From Candidatus Rokuibacteriota bacterium (GTDB lineage Bacteria > Methylomirabilota > Methylomirabilia > Rokubacteriales > CSP1-6): DNA of 64,000 nucleotides. The stretch spans positions 1,165-65,164 of the forward strand of contig JAHFDK010000011.1 of NCBI GenBank assembly GCA_023249095.1, read 5' to 3'. The translations under genes and the position numbers were made by a program. Below are positions 1 to 7,991 of the stretch, piece by piece; within the stretch, counting starts at the first letter, position 1; each line of letters starts with the position of its first letter. Under the pieces are notes generated by a model. The model was given only the letters and a program-made list of their open reading frames with translations, did not search any database and was not told the DNA's origin.

Positions 1-108
1 CTCGCCGGCATCCTCTATGCGCTGCTGCGCGATGGCAGCATGTTCGAGCCCCAGCGCGTTCGACATCCTGGTCCCACTGCGGCGGCGGCTGCCCTCGTGG
101 GCATGTGA
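1..108 (+). CDS. IS110-family transposase/recombinase, C-terminal 35 aa (partial, 5' end outside window)
   Basis: Frame 1 reads LAGILYALLRDGSMFEP...GM*, the typical IS110 C-terminal helix (RKLAxILyAmlRDG). It is followed by a long structured non-coding end. Confidence 0.7.
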   Translation, partial: LAGILYALLRDGSMFEPQRVRHPGPTAAAAALVGM

Positions 109-148
109 ACGAAACGACGCCGCCCTGACGATGCGGGCCCTGGTTTCT

Positions 149-334
149 CGCAGGTTCGATGGGTGGGTGAGCGCGAATGTTGCCTTGGCCGCCGTTGCAG
201 GGCCGCCGCGTAGATGGCGCCCCCACCCTTCGACTCCACTCCTGCGCCGACGAGCTCAATGGGCTCGTCCTTGATGAGCGCGAATAGAAGGCTGACAGAA
301 CCTCGCGAGATCGGCCCACTGTCACAGGCCAGCC
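149..334 (+). ncRNA. Putative IS110 bridge/seek RNA
   Basis: Nested stems 149-154/241-246 and 156-167/222-233 (11/12), hairpins 249-269 and 293-298/319-324, and an 11-nt motif TGAGCGCGAAT repeated at 168-178 and 275-285. Each motif copy runs into a sequence matching the element's right junction. Confidence 0.55.
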
Positions 335-429
335 AGGACACGGAACAGATCTCAAACCACGGAGGGAGGGAACGCGCTACGACTTGACACGGCCAGCCGC
401 TTCATAGAAGGCGACATAAACGCCCTTCT

Positions 430-603
430 GCTTATCGGGTTGACTCCGAACGGTACAGCATGTCGTAGGTCGTGGGGCCGTGGACGCCCGCGGCGAGGCC
501 AAGGAGGGTCTGGAAGGCCGCCATCGGGGTTCGCCGACGGTTGAAGCGAAAGGCGAACTCGTCGAGGTAGGCCTGGAGGTGATCGTGCCCGACGCCGTGG
601 TGG
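430..603 (-). mobile_element. IS1595-family transposase 3' remnant with probable terminal repeat
   Basis: Reads HHGVGHDHLQAYLDEFAFRFNRR...YDMLY*, the IS1595 C-terminal signature HLQxYLDEFxFRFNRR. It ends in GGAGTCAACCCGATAAGC (447-430), which resembles IS1595-type ends. Confidence 0.75.
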
Positions 604-675
604 GCCCGCGACTTCACCGCTGGCAGGCTGACGCCGAGCGTCTCGGCGATCTCGGGGTTCGACACGCCTTCGACA
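604..675 (-). pseudogene. ECF sigma factor region-4 HTH fragment
   Basis: VEGVSNPEIAETLGVSLPAVKSR matches the sigma-70 r4.2 pattern (EIAE.LG.S...VKSR). Boundaries approximate. Confidence 0.55.
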
Positions 676-803
676 GCGCCGAGCGCCTCGAGCACCTGAG
701 CGAGGCCCAGGCGGGCGCGCATGTACGGGCGCGCCTCGACGAGGCTCCAGAAGCGTCCCGCCTCCTGCTCGAAGAGCTGCGGACCGAGGGCGCGTTCGCC
801 GGC
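676..803 (-). pseudogene. Fragment of an unrelated conserved hypothetical (TPR-like) gene
   Basis: AGERALGPQLFEQEAGRFWSLVEARPYMRARLGLAQVL resembles the FW...ETRPYMRAR motif of TPR/SEC-C-type hypotheticals. Recalled similarity only. Confidence 0.4.
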
Positions 804-1111
804 GGGCACCGAGCTCTTCCGCCACCTCGTTCCATTGCTTGACCTTCGCGATCTCGCTCTGCCGCCAGGTGGTGGCGGCGCGGCCGAAGTCGTTGTGGAC
901 CCCGATCCCGATGATGGCGAGACCGAGATCGGCGGCGGTCCGACGGAGCGCCCGGAGGTAGGCGGGGCGCGTCTGCGGAAAGTGGATGTCTTGCAGCTCC
1001 GCGCCCTGGAACCCCGAGCACGGTCGCGCAGTGCTGGAGGAAGCCGGTCTGGTCCATTGTCCTCACGTCGAAGGAGCGATTGAAGCAGCCGCATATGCAC
1101 CCGAGCTTCAT
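804..1111 (-). pseudogene. Sugar phosphate isomerase/epimerase (xylose-isomerase-like TIM barrel), 5' fragment, frameshifted and truncated
   Basis: ATG at 1111 overlaps the upstream stop (ATGA). Reads MKLGCICGCFNRSF...VLG, then after removing one base at 1010-1011, VQGAELQDIHFPQTRPAYLRALRRTAADLGLAIIGIGVHNDFG...VAEELGA, then breaks at ~804. Confidence 0.7.
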
Positions 1112-2190
1112 GTCGCCAGCGGGCGCTTGATCGCGTGGAAGATCCGGTGCAGAAGCAGGACGTCCCCCCGCGCCTCCGCTGGCGTGGTCTCGGGCTCCCG
1201 GCCGCCGGCGACGCATTCGGCGAAGTGCAGGAGCTCCTCCTTGAACGCTTCCTTTATAGAGGCGGTCACCCGCTTCTCGAACGCTTTGCCGTCCTCCATC
1301 CCCTCCACGATGACCTCGGTGGGCATGTTGCGGAAGAAGGGCGAGGGGAACACGAGCCGCACGCGGTCCGCCCGGCCGAGGTACGTCACCGTCTCCTCAT
1401 AGTGGGCGAGGTCCCAGAGGTAGTGGAGGCTGAGGGTGGCGCGTACGCCGGAGGCATAGCGCAGGCACGTCACCAGGCTATCGCCTCCAGCCCACACGTC
1501 GGTGAAAAGGACCTCCGCCGGATCGCCCGATAGACCCCGAAGCAGGTTGATGTCGTGAACCAGAGTGGAGAGTAAGTTCCCGGCGAAGACGCGGCGTTCG
1601 AGAGGCGTGAAGTCGCCGATCGCCTCGCGGATCAAGCGGTCTTGCTCACCGCGCAGGAGCGCCGCCGCCTCTCCAGGGACATCCGCAAACCGCCGCAGGT
1701 CGTGGTGGCCGGTCTGGTTCGCCTCGGAAGGATGGAGCACGGTGATCTGGATCGCCCGGAGATCGGGCAGCCGGCGGATGAGAGGAGCGGCGTAGCGGAC
1801 GGCGGGATCGTAGCGCTTCATGTAGGCGACCAGACATACGGTACCCGCCCGCGCGTGGGCGGCCAGAATCTCGTCGGCTTCGCGCAGTGTGTAGCACATC
1901 GGCTTTTCGGTGAAGACGTGCTTTCCTGCCCGAAGCGCGTCGACGATCAGCTGGCCGTGGGAGTCGGCGCTGAGGACGGCGATGGCCTCGATCTCGTCTT
2001 TGAGCAGGTCACGGTAGTCGGTATAGCGCCGGCGGACGTCGTAGCGGTCGGCAACGTGCTTCAGGGTTGCCGGCGATACGTCACAGAGCGCGACCACCTC
2101 GTAGGCGTCGGCGAGCTCCCGGAGATGGGGCAGGTGCATCATCTGGGCGATCAGCCCGCAGCCGACGACACCGATCTTGATGCGCGCCAT
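1108..2190 (-). CDS. Gfo/Idh/MocA family NAD(P)-dependent oxidoreductase
   Basis: IKIGVVGCGLIA Rossmann motif, AGKHVFTEKP, YMKRYDP. AAGGAG RBS before ATG 2190. Confidence 0.92.
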   Translation of the reverse strand: MARIKIGVVGCGLIAQMMHLPHLRELADAYEVVALCDVSPATLKHVADRYDVRRRYTDYRDLLKDEIEAIAVLSADSHGQLIVDALRAGKHVFTEKPMCYTLREADEILAAHARAGTVCLVAYMKRYDPAVRYAAPLIRRLPDLRAIQITVLHPSEANQTGHHDLRRFADVPGEAAALLRGEQDRLIREAIGDFTPLERRVFAGNLLSTLVHDINLLRGLSGDPAEVLFTDVWAGGDSLVTCLRYASGVRATLSLHYLWDLAHYEETVTYLGRADRVRLVFPSPFFRNMPTEVIVEGMEDGKAFEKRVTASIKEAFKEELLHFAECVAGGREPETTPAEARGDVLLLHRIFHAIKRPLAT

Positions 2191-2264
2191 TCGCTCCTTG
2201 ATCCTTCTACAGGTGCCGCGGAGCCGTGGGCCCCGGGTCGCGCTATCGTAGACGTTACACGGTT

Positions 2265-3335
2265 TCAATCCACGACGGTGACGCCGTGACTGATGAAGCC
2301 GATCGAGACCCCGGCACCGACGGTGAGGGGCGCCGCCACCCCGCCGCTATCGACCACGAACAGTTCGCCGATGATCGAGCCGACCGTGTACTCCATGTGG
2401 CTCCCGAGGTAGGCGGCCTTGAGAATGGTTCCTATGAGGGGGGCATCCGTCCCGTCGGCCGGGCGGAGCCGCACCGCCTCGGGGCGGATGGCGACGTTGA
2501 CCTCGCCGTCGGTGGCCCCACGGTGGGGTAGGGCAAACTCGACGCCACCGAGGCGGAGGGCGGCCAGACGCTCGTCAGTGCGCTTCAACGTGCCCTTGAC
2601 GAGGTTGGCGTCGCCGATGAAGTCGGCGACGAACCGGCTGGCCGGCTCGCGGTAGAGCTCGGTCGGCGTGCCCTGCTGGGCGATCACCGCGTTGTCCATG
2701 ACGATGATCTGATCGGACACCGCCAGCGCCTCCTCCTGGTCGTGAGTGACGTAGACGACGCTCAGGCGGAGCTTTTGCTGGAGATCGCGGATCTCCTCGC
2801 GCACGCGACGGCGGAGCTTGGCGTCGAGATTCGAGAGCGGCTCGTCGAAGAGGAGGACTCTCGGCTCGAGCACCAGCGCGCGCGCCACAGCCACCCGCTG
2901 CTGCTGCCCGCCCGAGAGCTCGCTGGGAAGGCGGTCGTCGAACCCCACCAGGCCGAGCAGGGCCAGTCCCTCCCGGGCGGCCGCGACCGCCCGGTCGCGG
3001 GGCTCGCCGCCGACCCGCAGCCCATAGCAGACGTTCTCGAGCACCGTCATGTGAGGAAAGAGCGCGTACGACTGGAACACCATGCTCACGTCGCGGTCAG
3101 TGGCGGGAACGCGGGTGACATCGCTGCCCCCGATGAGGATCTGCCCGCTGGTCGTCATCTCGAGGCCGGCGATGAGCCGGAGGGTCGTCGTCTTCCCGCA
3201 GCCGGACGGCCCGAGGAGAGTGACCAGCGTTCCCGCGGCGACGGTGAAGGAAACGTCGCGGACGGCCACCACCGGGCCGTACGCCTTGGTGACCCGGCGG
3301 AACTCGACCGAGCCCGAGCGGGTCTCGAGGCTCAA
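2265..3335 (-). CDS. ABC transporter ATP-binding protein (FbpC/AfuC/PotA-like)
   Basis: GPSGCGKT, LSGGQQQR, LLFDEPLSNLD, C-terminal TOBE-like region. Start set at TTG 3335 overlapping the permease stop. Confidence 0.92.
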   Translation of the reverse strand: MSLETRSGSVEFRRVTKAYGPVVAVRDVSFTVAAGTLVTLLGPSGCGKTTTLRLIAGLEMTTSGQILIGGSDVTRVPATDRDVSMVFQSYALFPHMTVLENVCYGLRVGGEPRDRAVAAAREGLALLGLVGFDDRLPSELSGGQQQRVAVARALVLEPRVLLFDEPLSNLDAKLRRRVREEIRDLQQKLRLSVVYVTHDQEEALAVSDQIIVMDNAVIAQQGTPTELYREPASRFVADFIGDANLVKGTLKRTDERLAALRLGGVEFALPHRGATDGEVNVAIRPEAVRLRPADGTDAPLIGTILKAAYLGSHMEYTVGSIIGELFVVDSGGVAAPLTVGAGVSIGFISHGVTVVD

Positions 3336-5476
3336 GCCGGTATTCCCTCGAGGCTCACCTGGGTGGGGGCCCGCCGGCCCAGTCGACGCCGACCGACGAC
3401 GAACTGAATCAGGAGCACCACAAGGACCATGAACCCGATCAGGACCGAGCAATAGGCGATCGCCAGGCCGTAGTCACCGTTCTCCACTCGGCCGACGATG
3501 TAGGAGGTTGCCATGTCGTAGTTCGCGCTGACCAGGAAGATGACGGCGCTGATCGCGGTCATGGCCCGCACGAAGCTGAAGACCAGCGCGGCGACGATGG
3601 CCGGACGCAGCAGGGGCAGGATCACCCGACGGATGGTGGTCAGACTCCGGGCGCCGAGGGTGAGGGAAGCTTCGTCGAGGCTTCGGTCGATCTGGCTCAT
3701 GGCCGCGATTCCGGCGCGGACGCCCACCGGCATGTTACGGAAGACGAAGCAGATGACGAGGATGATCCCGGTACCGGTCAGCTCGATGGGCGGCGTGTTG
3801 AAGGCCAGGATGTAACTGATCCCGATCACGGTGCCCGGGATGGCGAAGCTCAGCATGGTGCCGAACTCGAAGGCCTCCTTGCCCCGAAACCGCTGGCGCA
3901 CGATCAGGTAGGCGGTCAGGAGCCCGACGGCGGCGGTGAGCGGGGCCGAGATGGCTGCGATCTCGATGGTCGTCCAGAGGGAGTTCCACGCCGCGCCTTT
4001 CCAGTGCAGGCCGAACTCGGTGACGTCGACCGCGAAGGCGGCCGCGTAGTGGCGGAGCGAGAAGCGATGGTCCCGTCCCCAGGTCTCCACGAACCCGCCG
4101 AACAGGATCATCACGTAGATGACCGCAGTGAAGACGGCCCACGGCAACGCCGTCGCATAGACCAGCCGCCGCACCGACGCCGGCAACGGCGGATGAAGAC
4201 CGGCGTCTCCCTTGCCGGTGACGGTGGCGTACGACCGCCGCCCCAACCAGCGCCGTTGGGCGTAGAAGGCGCCGAGCGTGAACACGAGCAGGACGATCGA
4301 GAGCACGGCGGCCCGGCCCCGGTCGTGCTGGGCCCCGACCACGGCGAAGAAGATGGAAATCGACAGCACGTGGTAATTGCCGCCGAGGACGAGCGGGTTG
4401 CCGAAGTCGGCCAGGCTCTCGATGAAGCCGAGCAGGAAGGCATTGGCGAGGCCGGGGCGCATGAGCGGGAGCGACACGGTGGTGAAGGTGCGCCACCGGT
4501 CGGCGCGCAGAGTCTGCGCCGCCTCCTCCATCGAGGGGCTGATGCCCTCGACCACCCCGATGAGGACGAGGAAGGCGATGGGCGTGAAGGCCAGCACCTG
4601 GGCGAGCCAGACGCCGGGCAGGCCGTAGATCCAGCGCGACGGCACCACCCCGAAGGCTTGCTCCATGAAGGTGGTGAACGCGCCTGCGCGGCCGAAGAGG
4701 AGGATCACGGCGAGGCCGATCACGAACGGCGGGGTGATGATTGGCAGCACGGTCAGGAGACGCAGCGCCTTCTTGGCTCGGAACCCCGTGCGGGTGACGA
4801 TCAGCGCGAAGGCGAGACCGAGCGCCGTGGTGCTCGCCCCGACGAGGACGCCGAGAATCAGTGTGTTCCACGCCACCCCGCATCCGGCCGACGAGCTCAG
4901 GCAATCGAGCCCCCACACCTCACGCGCGGAGAGCTTGGCCCAGAACTCGCTCGGCGCAAAGGCGCCGCTGCTGTCCTCGACGGCGCCGACGAGCACGCAG
5001 GAGACCGGAAAGAATACGAAGACGACGACGAGGGTGACGACGGTGCCGATCCCCCCGCTGACGAAACGGTCGCCGTTGAAGGCTCCCTTCGCGGCCATGC
5101 CCACGCAGAAGAGCATGAGGAGCGCGGCGAAGACGACGAGACCTCCGACGCCGATGCCGGGCTGGCCGCCAACCGCGAAGCCCTGAACCGCAATCCACGC
5201 CGTCCCGCCGGCGCCGACGGTGAGGAGCAGGGCGGGGCGGGCGCCGGCGCCTCTGACGCCCCGGACCGCGAGCGGGGCGAGCAGGAACACGGCCACGGGG
5301 AGAAGAGCGAGGCGCCCGTGAAGGAGGGCCTGGACGAGGGCGGGGGCGCCGGCGCGGTCGGTGGGATACCCGCTGAGCCAGCCGAAGCCGAAGATGCCGT
5401 CCTCGAGCGCGTACCACGGCAGGAGCGCGTACGCGATCCCGCCGGCGACGGCCCATCCGAGAACGGCGCGATCCAT
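3332..5476 (-). CDS. ABC transporter permease with two TM domains (AfuB/FbpB-like)
   Basis: Two EAA motifs (MEEAAQTLRA, LDEASLTLGA) and many TM helices. Confidence 0.92.
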   Translation of the reverse strand: MDRAVLGWAVAGGIAYALLPWYALEDGIFGFGWLSGYPTDRAGAPALVQALLHGRLALLPVAVFLLAPLAVRGVRGAGARPALLLTVGAGGTAWIAVQGFAVGGQPGIGVGGLVVFAALLMLFCVGMAAKGAFNGDRFVSGGIGTVVTLVVVFVFFPVSCVLVGAVEDSSGAFAPSEFWAKLSAREVWGLDCLSSSAGCGVAWNTLILGVLVGASTTALGLAFALIVTRTGFRAKKALRLLTVLPIITPPFVIGLAVILLFGRAGAFTTFMEQAFGVVPSRWIYGLPGVWLAQVLAFTPIAFLVLIGVVEGISPSMEEAAQTLRADRWRTFTTVSLPLMRPGLANAFLLGFIESLADFGNPLVLGGNYHVLSISIFFAVVGAQHDRGRAAVLSIVLLVFTLGAFYAQRRWLGRRSYATVTGKGDAGLHPPLPASVRRLVYATALPWAVFTAVIYVMILFGGFVETWGRDHRFSLRHYAAAFAVDVTEFGLHWKGAAWNSLWTTIEIAAISAPLTAAVGLLTAYLIVRQRFRGKEAFEFGTMLSFAIPGTVIGISYILAFNTPPIELTGTGIILVICFVFRNMPVGVRAGIAAMSQIDRSLDEASLTLGARSLTTIRRVILPLLRPAIVAALVFSFVRAMTAISAVIFLVSANYDMATSYIVGRVENGDYGLAIAYCSVLIGFMVLVVLLIQFVVGRRRLGRRAPTQVSLEGIPA

Positions 5477-5499
5477 GGCTCAGCTCCGCCGCGCGCGAG

Positions 5500-6546
5500 C
5501 TACTGGGGGAGCGACTTGACCTCCTTGCCCCACTTCTCGAGCAGACGTTTCCGCTCGGCGGAAGTGCCGTACTTGGCGAAGTCGTAATCGATGAGCTTGA
5601 TCTCACCGAGCTTGGGGGCCTGCGGCGGCGTCGCTGCTCCCTTGTTCGACGGCACCTGGTAGGCCTCGGCCTTGGCTCCCAGACTCTGGGCCGCCGCCGT
5701 CAGCGCCCAGTCGTAGAATCTCTTCGCCGACTCGAGGTTCCGGGCGCCCTTGATAATGCTCATCGAGCCGACCTCGTAGCCGGTGCCCTCGCAGGGGGCG
5801 ACGACCTTGATGGGTGCGCCGCGCACCGCCATGGTCACGGCGTCGTGCATGAAGACGATGCCGACCGTCGTCTCGCCCTGAGCGGCGGCCTTGATCGGTG
5901 ACGAGCCCGACTTGGTGTACTGGTTCACGTTCCGGTGGAGCTTCTTCAAGTACTCGAACGCCTCCGCTTCGCCGAGGAGCTGGACCATCGTGGCGAGCAT
6001 CGTGTACGAGGTGCCCGAGGAGTTGGGGTCGGCGACCTGTACTTCGCCCTTGAGATCCGGCCGGATCAGATCCTTCCAGCACTTCGGCTCGGGCAGCTTC
6101 TTCTTTGCGACGAGCTCGGTGTTGTAGCCGAACCCGAGGGCGCCGGCGTAGACCCCGACGGTGCGATAGTTGGAGGCCTTGGCCTGGTTTGTCGCCCACG
6201 CCTGGAGCTCGCCCAGGCGCGGGGACCGGTACTCGAGGGTGAGGCCTTCCTCCGCCGCCTGCAGGTGCGGGTCACCGGTGCCGCCCCACCACACGTCCCC
6301 TTTCGGGTTGCTCGCCTCTGCCTTGATCTGCGCGAACGTTTCGCCGGAGCTCTTGCGGGTCATCGCGACCTTGATCCCGGTGGCCTTGGTAAACTCGGCG
6401 ATCACGAGCTGGCACCACTCGATCTGCGGACTGCAGTAGAGGGTGAGATTCCCTTCGCCGCGGGCCGCCGCGGGCACCAGGACAAGGGTAGTGAGAGCGC
6501 ACGTCGCGAGGAGCATGGCCTTGGGGAAACTGGACTTCCGACGCAT
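5500..6546 (-). CDS. ABC substrate-binding protein, AfuA-like (sugar-phosphate/Fe family)
   Basis: Signal peptide, then LTLYCSPQIEWC, WWGGTGDPH, YAGALGFGYN, DPNSSGTSY, GYEVGSMSII. GGAGG RBS before ATG 6546. Confidence 0.85.
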   Translation of the reverse strand: MRRKSSFPKAMLLATCALTTLVLVPAAARGEGNLTLYCSPQIEWCQLVIAEFTKATGIKVAMTRKSSGETFAQIKAEASNPKGDVWWGGTGDPHLQAAEEGLTLEYRSPRLGELQAWATNQAKASNYRTVGVYAGALGFGYNTELVAKKKLPEPKCWKDLIRPDLKGEVQVADPNSSGTSYTMLATMVQLLGEAEAFEYLKKLHRNVNQYTKSGSSPIKAAAQGETTVGIVFMHDAVTMAVRGAPIKVVAPCEGTGYEVGSMSIIKGARNLESAKRFYDWALTAAAQSLGAKAEAYQVPSNKGAATPPQAPKLGEIKLIDYDFAKYGTSAERKRLLEKWGKEVKSLPQ

Positions 6547-6587
6547 GAGTCCTCCGTTGGCGTAGGATCGGGATCGCGCGGCAGCGA

Positions 6588-7382
6588 TCATAGAACGAAG
6601 CGCTCGAGCACGTCGCGGAAACCTTCTTCGTCGGCCGTCCCGCACACGTGGTCGGCTCGTGCGCGGACCCCTTCCGGCGCATCGGCCATTGCCACGCCCA
6701 GCCCGGCCGCCTCGATCATCTCGAGGTCGTTCCAGTTGTCGCCGACTGCGACCACCTCTCCGACTTCGACCCCGAGCGCCTCGACCATCGCGCGGAGAGC
6801 GGTGCCCTTGGAGATGCCCGGGGGCAGGAATTCCAGCTTCGTGGGTTCCGACTGCACGGCGCGCGCGGAAAGCCGCGCCTGGCGCGCCGCGCTGCTGAGC
6901 GCCTCCAGCTTCCCCGGCGCGCCGAGCACGAGGATCTTGTGCGGATCATCCGTGAGGAGCGGCTCGAAAGCGGTCACGACCTCGTAGCCGAGCCCGTCGT
7001 CCTCGGCGTAGGCCTCCGTCATCGGGTGCTGCCGCTCGACGTACACGTGGTCGTTCAAAAAGAGGTGGGGCTGGACGTCCGGGTCACGACGGATCACGGC
7101 GAGGGCCTGGCGGGTGAACTCAGCGGCGAGCCGCCTCTCGTAGAGGATGCGGCCGCCGTCGAAGTCGAAGACACGACCCCCGTTGTAGAGGATCACTGGC
7201 GTGTCGGCGCCGAGGCTCTGGACCCAGGGGGCGGCCGACCGCCACATGCGTCCGGTGGCCACGCACACACGGACGCCGCTCGCCCGGACATCGGCGATAG
7301 CCCGGCGTACGCCCGGGGTGACCCCAAAGCGTCGGGACCGCGCCGTACCGTCGAGGTCGGCGACGACCAGGCGATAGGCCAT
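6588..7382 (-). CDS. Cof-type HAD-IIB phosphatase
   Basis: DLDGT motif I, ATGR, SKG, GDNWNDLEM...GVAM. Confidence 0.93.
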   Translation of the reverse strand: MAYRLVVADLDGTARSRRFGVTPGVRRAIADVRASGVRVCVATGRMWRSAAPWVQSLGADTPVILYNGGRVFDFDGGRILYERRLAAEFTRQALAVIRRDPDVQPHLFLNDHVYVERQHPMTEAYAEDDGLGYEVVTAFEPLLTDDPHKILVLGAPGKLEALSSAARQARLSARAVQSEPTKLEFLPPGISKGTALRAMVEALGVEVGEVVAVGDNWNDLEMIEAAGLGVAMADAPEGVRARADHVCGTADEEGFRDVLERFVL

Positions 7383-7484
7383 GGCACACCACTATATTCC
7401 TCGCGATATGCCTTTCCACCCCGCAGGGGGCAAAATGGGCGACGACATGCCCTCTAGATCCGAGGATTACTAGCCGGGTTGAAG

Positions 7485-7905
7485 ATGATCGAGCACACGA
7501 CCGAAGTGCCGGTGCGGTGGAGTGACGTGGATCCGGCCGGAGTCGTCTTCTATCCGCGCTTCTTCGAGTGGTACGACCTGGGCTGCGAGTTGCTGTTCGC
7601 GTCGCTAGGGCTTCCGTGGCCCGAGGCGTTTCCCAGGTACGACATCGTTGGCGTGCCCATCGTCGAATCGGGCTCGAAGTTCGTGAGCCCGGCGCGCTAT
7701 GGCGACGTCCTGACGATCAGGTCGAAGGTGGCGTGGGTGAGAGAGAAGACGTTCCGAATGGAGCACGAGATCTCGGTGGGCTCTCGGCTCTGCTCGACGG
7801 GCTTCGAAGTCCGCGCGTGGGTCGGTCGCCCCGAAGTCGCCCGGCGAGACGCTCCACGCCCGGCCGATTCCGGAGGAAGTGGCCGGGCGGCTCCGGGGAG
7901 CGTGA
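7485..7905 (+). pseudogene. Acyl-CoA thioesterase (4-hydroxybenzoyl-CoA thioesterase/YbgC family), +1 frameshift near the 3' end
   Basis: VRWSDVDPAGVVFYPRFFEW hotdog motif. Removing one C from CCCC at 7829-7832 gives a natural ending GRPKSPGETLHARPIPEEVAGRLRGA* (TGA 7903-7905). Confidence 0.8.
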
Positions 7906-7951
7906 GGCCTGACGTTCGCCCCGACGTTCCTGGACTGTCTCCGGCGCTCTT

Positions 7952-7960
7952 TGCTAGAAT
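7952..7960 (+). promoter_or_regulatory. Extended -10 promoter element (TGcTAGAAT)
   Basis: TGnTAGAAT lies 31 nt upstream of GTG 7992, with a GGAGG RBS at 7981-7985. Confidence 0.5.
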
Positions 7961-7991
7961 CGCGCCACTCGCTTCGGGACGGAGGTCAACT

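Larger units (their letters stand above)
1..412 (+). mobile_element. Right part of an IS110-family (IS1111-like, 3' non-coding region) insertion sequence
   Basis: Transposase C-terminus, ~300-nt non-coding tail, outward TTGACA at 384-389 and terminal GGCCAGCCGCTTCAT-AGAAG. The exact end (about 405-412) is inferred. Confidence 0.6.
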
